Below are positions 1 to 11,495 of a DNA stretch of 34,844 bases, piece after piece. Position numbers and translations under genes: made by a program. The DNA lies in assembly GCA_051294375.1 (NCBI GenBank), contig JBJCIZ010000042.1, forward strand, positions 156,008-190,851, in the 5' to 3' direction. The notes below the pieces were generated by a model. That model saw nothing but the letters and a program-made list of their open reading frames with translations. It was not told where the DNA came from and made no database searches. Within the stretch, counting starts at the first letter, position 1, and the number at the start of each line of letters is the position of its first letter. The stretch is from Paraspadella gotoi. Taxonomy: Eukaryota; Animalia; Chaetognatha.

Positions 1-238
1 CGCGAAATAAAGACTGACTGTCTAGCTCGTCTCTCCCTCTCCATGATACGAAAACAACGAGCAGGATCACGCAAGTTAAGAAGCATTAATGGAGATTACA
101 TAATAAGCAATTATAATAAAGTAATAATACAGTACAGCTAAGAAATGAAGTAAAAAAGACAAAAAGTGATTATTTACTATTTACATGAAATTCTTTTTTT
201 CTTCCGTCCCTCTCTCTTCTCATTCGAGTTCCTTTTTT

Positions 239-2340
239 CTAGTTTCGATATGGGCCACGCCCACCGCGACGCCCGCCACNNNNNNNNNNNNNNNNNNNNN
301 NNNNNNNNNNNNNNNNNNNNNNNNNNNNNNNNNNNNNNNNNNNNNNNNNNNNNNNNNNNNNNNNNNNNNNNNNNNNNNNNNNNNNNNNNNNNNNNNNNNN
401 NNNNNNNNNNNNNNNNNNNNNNNNNNNNNNNNNNNNNNNNNNNNNNNNNNNNNNNNNNNNNNNNNNNNNNNNNNNNNNNNNNNNNNNNNNNNNNNNNNNN
501 NNNNNNNNNNNNNNNNNNNNNNNNNNNNNNNNNNNNNNNNNNNNNNNNNNNNNNNNNNNNNNNNNNNNNNNNNNNNNNNNCGAGAGGCGCGCCCTTGGCT
601 TAGGAGGCGCCTTTGTAGGAGCGTCGCCTCCTTTTTGGCGATGGTGATGTCCGCCGGCTCTCTTGGGCGCGACGTCGGGCTCTGAGGATGAAGGCCGTGT
701 GCGCCATGATCGCTTCCGCGACGAGCGCTCCACGGTACTGGCGCTCGACGAGGACGCGATCGACGACGACGTCGAGGACGACGCCGAGGGCCCGGATAGG
801 ATCCGTCGGCCCTTTAGTTTCAGCGGTTCCGAGACAGAGGCGCCAGCGGCTGGGAGCGCCGTTGAGGGAGCGGCCTGTGACGCCGGCGCCTGAACAGAAA
901 CGGTTAAATGATCAATGGATCCACTCGAAGTGATAAGTGGAAGTTTAGGCGTNNNNNNNNNNCGTGACACATAAAGCGAACTAAAGATGAGGAATGAAAC
1001 GGAAGAGAATGAGGAGATGGANNNNNNNNNNAATGAAAAGGAATGAGATAAAAAGAAATGAAATGAAACGAAATGAATTAAAGCGAAATTGAATTAAATA
1101 GAGAAAAATGNNNNNNNNNNNNNNNNNNNNNNNNNNNNNNNNNNNNNNNNNNNNNNNNNNNNNNNNNNNNNNNNNNNNNNNNNNNNNNNNNNNNNNNNNN
1201 NNNNNNNNNNNNNNNNNNNNNNNNNNNNNNNNNNNNNNNNNNNNNNNNNNNNNNNNNNNNNNNNNNNNNNNNNNNNNAATTCATTATCCTCTCTCCTACC
1301 GGCATGTTCGTCGCCTGCGCTGCGAGTGAGGGAGAGGCCCCGACGGTAGGCGTGTGAAGTNNNNNNNNNNGCGCCGGCGCAAAGACCGCCGCCATGAGGG
1401 CGTCGCTGACGGGCGCCTGGTATCTTCCGAGCTCGCCAGCGGCGGAATTCGGCGCGACGTCGTCGCGGTGGTCGTCCGGCCAGACCTNNNNNNNNNNNNN
1501 NNNNNNNNNNNNNNNNNNNNNNNNNNNNNNNNNNNNNNNNNNNNNNNNNNNNNNNNNNNNNNNNNNNNNNNNNNNNNNNNNNNAAATATTAGACAGAGAG
1601 GAGTTTACGAGCAAATTTCGACGGATGAAATTTTTTTTAAGTATTGATTAAATGAATATTTACGACGGCAAANNNNNNNNNNNNNNNNNNNNNNNNNNNN
1701 NNNNNNNGGTGATTCTCCGGCCGATCCGCCGGCAGCCGGACCCGGCAGTGATAGAGGCGGCTCCGGGTGGGCCCGACGAGGACGGGCTCCACGGNNNNNN
1801 NNNNNNNNNNNNNNNNNNNNNNNNNNNNNNNNNNNNNNNNNNNNNNNNNNNNNNNNNNNNNNNNNNNNNNNNCGGGCCCGTGCAAGGCGGAGGATGGGCC
1901 GGTGAAACGCTCACCGGCGGTGTCAGTGGCACTAGAATGACAGAAATAGGCTTATCGAACGCGAAAGGAAGAGGCGATTAGCGTTTCTAGCGACAAANNN
2001 NNNNNNNNNNNNNNNNNNNNNNNNNNNNNNNNNNNNNNNNNNNNNNNNNNNNNNNNNNNNNNNNNNNNNNNNNNNNNNNNNNNNNNNNNNNNNNNNNNNN
2101 NNNNNNNNNNNNNNNNNNNNNNNNNNNNNNNNNNNNNNNNNNNNNNNNNNNNNNNNNNNNNNNNNNNNNNNNNNNNNNNNNNNNNNNNNNNNNNNNNNNN
2201 NNNNNNNNNNNNNNNNNNNNNNNNNNNNCCACTTGAGAGCCGCCAGGTCGCCACGGAAACAGATCATCAAGGAACATTAAGACCCCTGGGATGGACACGA
2301 CGTCGAGCGCCGTGCCCCCATACCCGGTGGCGCTTGCCAT
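239..2340 (-). CDS. Gene A: spliced, 4 exons; unknown protein with basic S/R/P-rich C-terminus, Cys/His cluster and RGG tail (possible nucleic-acid-binding structural protein)
   Basis: ATG at 2340 (MASATGYGGTALDVVSIPGVLMFLDDLFPW). Exon 2 starts at 1931 after ttctgtcattctAG. Exon 3 ends at 1300 (ccg|GTAGGA, phase 0). Exon 4 starts at 889 after gtttctgttcAG, in frame with ORF 239..970, and ends RGGRRGGRGPYRN*. Exons are GC-rich and introns AT-rich. Gaps were filled from copy 3. Confidence 0.65.
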
Positions 2341-3470
2341 TGGAACCGGATTGATGATCGTGAAGCAAATAGAAAAATCGGATGGATGATGGCGGTGGAG
2401 TTGAGATGAAGCGGCGAAGTGAGGGCGAATTTTCCGCCTGGGTATCGACGACCCCCGAACGAAGAGGAGGAGGAGGAATAAGGCACGTCGATAATAATTT
2501 TTTTTCATTATTTCGAATGAAAATCGTGTTTGCGTGGCCCCACGAGTCCGNNNNNNNNNNNNNNNNNNNNNNNNNNNNNNNNNNNNNNNNNNNNNNNNNN
2601 NNNNNNNNNNNNNNNNNNNNNNNNNNNNNNNNNNNNNNNNNNNNNNNNNNNNNNNNNNNNNNNNNNNNNNNNNNNNNNNNNNNNNNNNNNNNNNNNNNNN
2701 NNNNNNNNNNNNNNNNNNNNNNNNNNNNNNNNNNNNNNNNNNNNNNNNNNNNNNNNNNNNNNAAAAAAAATGTACTTACTGCGTTGAGTTTTCGTGGCCG
2801 GACGGGTGCATTACATGAAAAAGCCACAGAACAAGGAACATGACCCGGTTACGCGTTTNNNNNNNNNNNNNNNNNNNNNNNNNNNNNNNNNNNNNNNNNN
2901 NNNNNNNNNNNNNNNNNNNNNNNNNNNNNNNNNNNNNNNNNNNCGTTTCCATGACAGCGCGACACGGCGCGTGTAAAAAAAAATCAAGTTGGCCTAATTT
3001 CGAGGCGGCAAGAACGTGGATGTAAGCGAAAAAAANNNNNNNNNNNNNNNNNNNNNNNNNNNNNNNNNNNNNNNNNNNNNNNNNNNNNNNNNNNNNNNNN
3101 NNNNNNNNNNNNNNNNNNNNNNNNNNNGACCTAAATGTCACCGTCGTCGCTAGGCGACGAGTAAATTACAAGGAAAACGAGTTTCGGAGGCCCCGCGTGA
3201 AAATGGTTGACTTTTGGATGCNNNNNNNNNNNNNNNNNNNNNNNNNNNNNNNNNNNNNNNNNNNNNNNNNNNNNNNNNNNNNNNNNNNNNNNNNNNNNNN
3301 NNNNNNNNNNNNNNNNNNNNNNNNNNNNNNNNNNNNNNNNNNNNNNNNNNNNNNNNNNNNNNNNNNNNNNNNNNNNNNNNNNNNNNNNNNNNNNNNNNNN
3401 NNNNNNNNNNNNNNNNNNNNNNNNNNNNNNNNNNNNNNNNNNNNNNNNNNNNNNNNNNNNNNNNNNNGCG

Positions 3471-4700
3471 ATGAGGGCTTTGTGCGTGACTCTATTCCTC
3501 GCCGCCGGCTTGACCGGATACACAGCGAGGGCCCTTACAGGCATAGACTGTACGGACTCGAGGACGAAGGTCATCGACCTNNNNNNNNNNAATCACCTGA
3601 TCAGCATTAACGCGGAAGCTACCCCCGCCCCCCCCGCGGGCGCACCACGCCGAAAATGGAATCTGAAGGGCCTCTATCCCCTTCTCATGGCAAGAGGCTA
3701 CGCCATGTTGTCGACAGTCGACAACCTTAGTCACCCCAACGAGGTCGCCGTTCTTGTCGGCACCAGAGNNNNNNNNNNNNNNNNNNNNNNNNNNNNNNNN
3801 NNNNNNNNNNNNNNNNNNNNNNNNNNNNNNNNNNNNNNNNNNNNNNNNNNNNNNNNNNNNNNNNNNNNNNNNNNNNNNNNNNNNNNNNNNNNNNNNNNNN
3901 NNNNNNNNNNNNNNNNNNNNNNNNNNNNNNNNNNNNNNNNNNNNNNNNNNNNNNNNNNNNNNNNNNNNNNNNNNNNNNNNNNNNNNNNNNNNNNNNNNNN
4001 NNNNNNNNNNNNNNNNNNNNNNNNNNNNNNNNNNNNNNNNNNNNNNNNNNNNAGGCGCTCGCCAACGGCCTCTTCAGAGGCGATTTCCAAGAGGACGTGA
4101 CCCGCCTCTTCAACCCGGAAGCTATCCTCAAACTCATCGATATGGAGGAGACTGAGAGCGATCACGTTTTCGGACGGATCGCGGCAAAGATCCGCTCCAT
4201 CTGGCCNNNNNNNNNNNNNNNNNNNNNNNNNCCAAAGTGACCGTCGGCTATCTCGTCTTTTTATGTCGTTTTGGCCGTCACCATTGTCCTCCCCTCGCCC
4301 TCTCCCAGAGGCATCCCCGCCCCTCAAGTGTTTTTCGGCCTCGTTTTCTTCTATTTGCAAGATATTTGTCGACTACGACAAAATACTCTCAAAGAGACGC
4401 GTCTCAAAAATTAAACACTGATGGCCGCTGTCGGACGAAATCGGAGGGCGCAGAAAGAACGGAAATACGGAACGTGGAAGAGGTCGTCAAGAATAATCTT
4501 GTGTCCGGTTGAACGCGCATTCTCGCCCGCTTGGATAGAAGTCGAGCTCCGCCATCGACAAGCTGGTAACGCGCACAGCGGAAAGCTGCATCAGATTTGA
4601 GGCTGAGAACGCTCCTCGAGCCGTCCCAGGGACGCCCTCGCTCCTCCGAGGCAGCTTCGGATTCTGAGCCGCGACTCCACTTCCGGGTCCGCGCCCTAAC
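3471..4700 (+). CDS. Gene B: type I membrane glycoprotein, chuvirus/gB-like class III fusogen-like (gapped, frameshifted; 3' end approximate)
   Basis: Signal peptide MRALCVTLFLAAGLTGYTARA is followed by LTGIDC, resembling the GYDC mature N-terminus of chuviral G. Membrane-proximal ALANGLFRGDFQEDVTRLFNPEAILKL is followed by IAAKIRSIWP, a hydrophobic TM at ~4237-4310 (VTVGYLVFYVVLAVTIVL after one frameshift) and a charged tail. Confidence 0.65.
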
Positions 4701-5059
4701 AATCCCACTGACCGACGACGTAGTACATTAGATTGCAGTAGAAAAGGGGGCGGCTGTGCCTCGCAACAAAAATCTTCAAAATAAAAAAAACTATTACGCA
4801 CCTATATTACCATGCGCTGGGAGAGAAGAAGGACCTTGATTGAGAAAGGCGGCGCGGCACGCACCCCCGCCTTCAGCCTCCAATGACTGGGATAATATAG
4901 AGGATGTATGGTAACCGCTCCGCACAGGCACCCTCAGCATCCACTGGATCATTGATTTTTTTGCGTATAATATATATGATTTTTTTTTCTCTTTTCTCTT
5001 ATAGTTTTTTTTTTGTTTTTTTTTCAACCTATGATGTTGCTTATATTAATGATAGAATT

Positions 5060-5690
5060 GTGATATTTTTTTTTTTACCATGATGATGCTAGTGATGGGC
5101 CCTGGTGGATTTGGCTTACCCAGGTTTTGTGATTGATGAGTTGATAGTCGTCTCAGCTTGCCAAAGATGTGATCTGACGTTGTCCCAGTTTTTGTGATGA
5201 TTGCCCCCCCCGCTTTTGTTTCCTCTGATTTGTACTTGAACTGTTAGCTGTTTGATGACTTGTAATTGGACTTTATTCGTGTGGATTTTAAAATTGAATG
5301 TGCATGATTGTTAGTTTTCCCCCATGTTGACACGCTTTGCATCAACGCTTTCCATGCCATTGAACTCACCTTCGAGCCTTCGCACCGTTTGCACGATGCC
5401 ATCCCAGTGCGCATTCTGGCACTGGATGCCATCTCGGGCAAAGGTATGGGGCGCCGATGAGGAGGAGGGGTCAGCCCGAAGGCATCGTTCATCCATCCCC
5501 TTTCCTCATCCTCTTCTCCTTCGAGCTCGCGGGCAATTTCGGGGTCCAGTTTTTCGTTTCAGAAATATTCACTCCAACTTTTTCCTCTCTTTAGACAGAC
5601 TCTACAAACTTGTTGTTTTTTATTCGTCGCTTTTTTTTCTCCTTTCAATAAACGCTTTTCTCTCATTCGATAAGTTAATTTTTTGCCGAG
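5060..5690 (-). pseudogene. Gene C 3' exon (unknown protein with acidic patch), frameshifted
   Basis: Peptide blocks recur in three copies: DPEIARELEGEEDEE, PHTFARDGIQCQNAHWDGIVQTVRRLEGEFNGMESVDAKRVNMG and TTSDHIFGKLRR. Convergent with gene B. Confidence 0.4.
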
Positions 5691-5929
5691 AGAATGAATT
5701 TATAGGGTTAAATGATATTTATTTTATTAAAATATATCCACTATTAAGTTTTCATTCATTACCCTCCCGAGACGCACTTTTAGCAAAAACCAGGGAAGTG
5801 TTGTTCCAGATTAGGCAGAGCTTTCATGGCACCGAAAGCAACTAAATATTCACAAGTTAAAAATTTAAGACTTGAGACGAAAATTTGGTAATTAGAAACA
5901 CTAGCCCCGTCTCGTGAATGGTTTACGTG

Positions 5930-6935
5930 TCTTTGCTCTCTCCTCTCTCTCTTCTCCGTCTTCTCACTCTCTCCTCTCTCTCTCTGCCCTCTCGTCATCT
6001 CTCTCATCACTCTCTCTCTCGTTTCGTTTCTCTCGGCTTAAATGCGGACTTTTTGAAAAATCTGTTAAGTAATAAGTCTCGTAGCGTTTATAGTCGATAA
6101 CGTCAAAAATTCTTGCATTGTGAGTGATTATTGCCATGAAGAAGTAACAAGAAGAGAGAAGAGAGAGAGAAGTAAGAGAGAGAGCATGAGAGAGAGAAGA
6201 GAGAGAGAGAAAGAGAGAGAGAAATTTAGGAATTCACGAACGTGAATTTGGACTAGTGAAAGAAAGTGAAGACGAATTTCGCTCACCGAACTTTTTTCTC
6301 TCCTCTCTCATTAAAGGAAGAAAAACGACTGAGCCAACAGAGAGAGAGAAGTGAGAGGGAGAGAAGGGAGAGAGGGAGAGAAGGGTGGGTGTGGAGGCAG
6401 GGAGGAAGAGAGAGAGGTAAAGATGGAGAGAGTGAGGGGTAGACGGGAAGGAGTAGAAGGGAAGGGGGAAGAAAAGAAAGAAAGAAAAAGAAAGAAAGAA
6501 GAAGAGAAAGAAAAAAGAAGAAGAAAGAAGAAAGAAAGAAGAAAGAAAGTAAGAAGAAAGAAGAAAAGAAAGAAGAGAGAGATATGAGAGAGAGGGATAG
6601 AGAGAGACAGAAAGTAATAGAGAAAAGGGAATGGGAGAGAGAGAGAGCTAGGGATAAAAATCGGCACCCGGCCGGGATTTCCGTCTCAGACTCTAGTTTC
6701 CGGAAATGTTGTTCTTAACCTCCCGCTGAGAGAGGAGGAGGAGAAGGAAGAGGAGGTAAGGAGGAGGAAGAGGAGGAGGAGGAGGATGCAAAAAAATAAT
6801 GAGACCAAATGGAAGGTAAGAGATAAGAAAACGAAAGAGAGATAGAGACAGAGAGCGACGAGATTAAATTGAGAGATAAAGAGAGAGAGATGAGAGAGAG
6901 AAAGAGAGAGAGAGAGAGATAGAGAGAGAGGAGAA
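5930..6935. repeat. CT/GA, GAA and GGA microsatellite block
   Basis: Directly visible (ct)n, (ga)n, (aag)n and (gga)n runs. Confidence 0.9.
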
Positions 6936-7574
6936 ATAGAATTCTAATAAGACAAAATCGAATTTTCTTTGATTATTAAACTTAAACTTAATATTCTCTT
7001 TCTTGACAGAGCAAAATTAAGACGTTTAAGCCGTTCGTTCTTATTTATTAAAATAGTCGTCGTCGTCTTTGTCGTCGTCCGTCGTTGTCCGTCCTTCGTA
7101 TGACGTCGTCGTTTGACGTCGTCGTCAATCGTCATGTCTCCTAATTTGATTTAATACAACATCAACTTAAAAACAAAATAACCACTATACGAAAACAACA
7201 ATAATAACAACTAACGTTGACAACGACCAACAAACGGACGACGACGAACGGCCACCGGCCCAGTAATTCGCGCATCAAATTCCGAGTCAGCGGCCAGTTG
7301 CCACTTACCCTCCACATCCCCTTCGCCTCCCACCAGCCCCGTCCTTCTTAAGGTGCCGAGCGGTCGTTGAATCCAAGAGATCAATGTTTGCCTTCCTGCT
7401 TTTTGTTTCTTCCTACCAAAATTCCTCCAATCGCTAAACCATTCTTTGCTCTTACTCCTGCCTCCTCCTCCTCTTCCTCTCCTCCTCCTCCTCTTTCCTT
7501 AATTGTGCTGTCCCAAAGAGTATAAATCTTATCTGAAAGTTATCTTCTGCTTGAGGAGGGAGCACTCGATTTGT

Positions 7575-8110
7575 TGGGAGAAAAAGGGAGTGGATAAAAG
7601 AGTGGAAAGAGGGGAGTGGAAAATGGTGACAGAGGAGTTGGAAAAAGTGGTGGAATTTTTTGAAAGAGGAATGGAAAAAGGTGGAAGAAGGGTGAGGAAA
7701 GAGGCGGTTGGAAATGGGGTGAAGAAGGAAAGTGGAACTAGAAAGTGGAAAAATGGTGAAAAAGGGAGTGGTAGAAGAAATTGGAAGGGTGCGAAGAAGG
7801 TGGAAGATGGTGGATATGCCCCTGGAAGAGGAAGGTGGAAAAAGAGTGGAAGAGGATGGAGGAATGATATAGGGTGGAAAGAGGAAATGGAAAAGAGTGA
7901 AAGAAGTGGAAGAGGATGGATAGGGTTGAAGAAGGGAAGTGGAAAAGAGTAGAGAGAGTGGAAGAGAATGGGATAGGGGTGGAAGAGGAAGTGGAAAAGA
8001 GTGGGAAGAGGGTAATAATCGGAAATAGAAGTGAAATGGTGTGAAATGGTGGGAAGGAGTGAAAAAATAAGAAGAAAAGTGGTGAACAGAGTGAAATAGG
8101 CTGAAAGAGG
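7575..8110 (+). repeat. Degenerate purine-rich minisatellite built on gtggaa / aagagtggaagaggatgg
   Basis: gtggaa recurs many times at short, irregular spacing, with almost no C on the + strand. Confidence 0.75.
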
Positions 8111-8929
8111 TGATTTTCCTCACCCTTATACGCGTTCATCCACAGTCTTCAGTTGGCGAACACACCATCTTGCTATAGCACTTCTTTATCGTCGTCCTTA
8201 TGCTTTGGGCCTTCTACCCGAAGCGACGCTTACTCTTTTGGCTCCGGTCCTATCATTTCTAATTGAGAGGAGTTGCAAATCTTTACCCCACAACGTCAAG
8301 CGGAAATGAGATAGACCAATAAGTAGAGGGAGGGAGGAAAGGAGGAGAACGGAGGAAGAGGAGGAAAATTAGGCAAGGAGGGAGGTAAAGAAAAGGAGGA
8401 GGAGGAAGAGAGGAGGAAATAAGACAAGATGGGGGAGGAGGAAAAGGAGGAGGAGGAAGAAGGAGGGAGAAAAAATGCATCCTAATAGGAGCATTAGCTG
8501 AAATAAGTAAAGATATAAGAATTTTAGGAAGCCAGTGAGATCAAAAAGAATATGAGAAATTAACTAAAATTGAAGAAAACGAAAGTGAACCGCAGAAGGC
8601 ATGAGTTCGCTTCAGAACCATACAACGAAACAACGACGTCACATAGCGACAACATCAAGCCGGACGAACACCGACCAGACGCACCAACGGACGGTCAATC
8701 CAAAAAGAAAAAAACCGAAAAAAAAACAAAAAGAAAAAAAACAACAAAAAAAAAACAAATAAACACAAAAATAAAAACACGACAAACCAAAGTAATCCAC
8801 TCGACAACAAAAACAACATGTCGTCTTTCCTGCCTCCTCACTCCTCTTCTCTGCCTCTCGTTGGTGCCTCGTAAATTCGGCGTCGGAGGGTTTCAGTCCC
8901 GAAGTCGGAGGTGGAATCCCTGATACTTC

Positions 8930-9440
8930 GGGAGGATGAGGACGGAGGGGGGGATGGGAGGGAGGAAGGAGAGGTAAGATGGGAGCAAGGAAGGGGGAGG
9001 TCTAAATGGAGGGGTGATTGAAGAAGGGGGAGGTGGGAGAAGGACGGGAAGGAGAAAAGAGAAGGGAAGGAGAGGAGTGAGAGGAGTGAGAGAGACGGAG
9101 GGAGGAGGAGGGAGATGGATGAGGAGTGGTGAGAGGAGGAAGAGAGGGGAGAGCAGGAGGTATAGGGATAGAGGAGAAAGAAGAGACGGAGGGCGTAGGA
9201 GGAGGTAAGGAGGAAGAAGGAGCGAGAGGAAGAGGACAGCGCTGGAGGGAGTGAACACCCGAGGAAAAAGAGTCAGGGCGGCCAAAGAAGAGTCGAGCCA
9301 TCCTTCAAAGGATGCGACTCTTGGGCGCGATATGGAAGAGAGGGGGGTGGGGCGTAGGGGTGTTGAAGGGTTGAGAGACTAGGTTTAAAGGGAGGGTCCG
9401 TGAGAGGAGCGGAGGGGAAAGGGTTAATTTAGAGGGAAGG
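8930..9440. repeat. GGA/GA low-complexity tract
   Basis: Visible purine-rich low complexity. Confidence 0.8.
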
Positions 9441-9519
9441 GGAATGGTGGATAGAAATTGAGTTATTAGAAATAATAAAAGAACGTATTGAAAGACTAAA
9501 AAACCTTTTGGCAGGGAGT

Positions 9520-10650
9520 AGGAAGAAGTCGAGCTCCGCCTCGACCAGCTGGAACCGCACAGCGGAAAGCTGCATCAGTTTGAGCTTGAGAACGCTCTCG
9601 CCGTTCCCAGGGACGCCCTCGCCCTCCCGAGGNNNNNNNNNNNNNNNNNNNNNNNNNNNNNNNNNNNNNNNNNNNNNNNNNNNNNNNNNNNNNNNNNNNN
9701 NNNNNNNNNNNNNNNNNNNNNNNNNNNNNNNNNNNNNNNNNNNNNNNNNNNNNNNNNNNNNNNNNNNNNNNNNNNNNNNNNNNNNNNNNNNNNNNNNNNN
9801 NNNNNNNNNNNNNNNNNNNNNNGCGGCGCGGCCACGCCCCCCGCCTTCAGCCTCCAATGACTGGGATATATAGGGGATGTATGTAACGCTCCGCACAGGC
9901 ACCCAGCATCCACCTGAATCATGATTTTTTTGCGTATATATATATTTTTTTTTCTCTTTTCTCTTATGTTTTTTGTTTTTTTTTTCAACCTATGATGTTG
10001 CTTATATTAATGATGATTGTATATTTTTTTTTTTTTCATGATGATACCTATGATGGCCCTGGTGATATTGCTTCCCAGGTTTTGTGATGATTGCGTTGAT
10101 TCGTCTCAGCTTGCCAAAGATGTGATCTGACGTTGTCCCCGTTTGTGATGATTGCCCCCCCCCTTTTTTTCCTCTGATTTGTACTTGACTNNNNNNNNNN
10201 GATGACTTGTAATTGACTTTATTCGTGTGGTTTTAATTATGTGCATGATTGTTAGTTTCCCCCCATGTNNNNNNNNNNGCATCACGCTTTCCATGCATTG
10301 AGACTCACCTTCGACCTTCGCACGTGCACGATGCCATCCCATGCCATTCTAGGCACTGGATGCCATCCTCGGGCAAACAGTATGGGGCGCGATGAGGAGA
10401 GGGGTTCAGCCGAAGGCATCGTCAATCCTCCCCTTCCATCATCCTCTTCTCCTTCGGGGGAGCTGCCGGGGGGATTTCGGGAAGTCCAGGGTTTTTCGTT
10501 ATCAGAAATATTCACTCCAACCTTTTTCCCTCTCTTAGAACAGACACAACTTGGTGTGTTATTTATGCCTTTTTTTCTCTTTCAAAAACGCCCCCTTTTC
10601 TCTCATTCAATATTTATTTTTTGCCGAGACATTGATAATCCCCCAAGGGC
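9520..10650 (+). mobile_element. Cassette copy 2 (gene B tail through gene C 3' exon)
   Basis: agaagtcgagctccgcc...cagcggaaagctgcatcag at ~9524 matches 4537. Colinear through ttttttgccgaga at ~10629, which matches ~5689. Confidence 0.85.
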
Positions 10651-11244
10651 GGAGGGGGATTTAGTTTCCAAGTCGATTAACGCGTCTTTTCGGCGCAAGG
10701 ATCGTCAGTCGCGGTGCCGAGAAGGAGGCATACGGCGCTCCTTCTCCGCCACCAGCGGAGGCGAAGGGCCAGAAATCACCCATCATTGATGGATGGCGAC
10801 GGGCGCTTGAATGGCGTGCGTTGTCGTGGCGTCGCGTGGCGTGCAGTGTGGTGTGGGGGTGCGTGGGTGTTTAATTGGAATGACGAACGGCGAATGAAAG
10901 CTGATGCATCTTTATTTCCCATCGCAGATCAATCAACAAAAAAAACAGTGAATGAATCCAGTAAAAGAGTCAATTCCGACTGCGTCGTAGAATATAAAAA
11001 GAAAAATAAACTGTATTAGTGCTTCATAAACATGAGGGGTAGGAAATAGGCTTCTTAATTGTGTTTAATTGGAAATAAAGATATATTTTAAATTTGGTTA
11101 TAGATTAATCATAATTCTTAAGCCTACATCCATTCACCCTAGATCCCGATTTTCCCCAGCTTCCACTGCATTTTCTCTTCCACCCACAAAGGACTCACTA
11201 AAAAATTAATTCCCTGCGAAACGCGTCTTCTCCTCTTTGGCCAC

Positions 11245-11263
11245 GCCACTCTCTCTCTCTACT

Positions 11264-11329
<66 letters not shown>

Positions 11330-11495
11330 GCCACGCACCCACATCGTCTCTTCGCGCCCATCGGTATGTCAAGTCATCACCGAAAAAGAACCGATTAGCC
11401 TCTCTCTCTCAATCCGCTCCTCTAATCTCTCTCTCTCTCTCTATACTCTCTCTTCTCTCTCCTCTTTCACAATCACTCTCTCTCAATCTCTTCCT
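11245..11495. repeat. (CT)n microsatellite
   Basis: Directly visible. Confidence 0.9.

Larger units (their letters stand above)
1..5690 (+). mobile_element. Repeated multi-gene cassette, copy 1 (most complete; virus-like element, class unknown)
   Basis: 1-3768 is colinear with ~22515-25420. 4537-5690 is colinear with ~9520-10630. 4053-5215 is the reverse complement of ~33421-34560, and 5215-5690 is the reverse complement of ~27265-27750. Contains genes A, B and C. No termini visible. Confidence 0.75.

Noticed and set aside
166-4360. Numerous X-containing ORFs
   Set aside because: They are open only because N gaps hide stops; only frames supported by another copy were kept
6311-9301. Long ORFs rich in F/L/S/P or R/E/K/G (also 12484-12885, 15898-16527, 30528-31235)
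   Set aside because: They are translations of GA/CT microsatellites and purine tracts, which lack stop codons by composition
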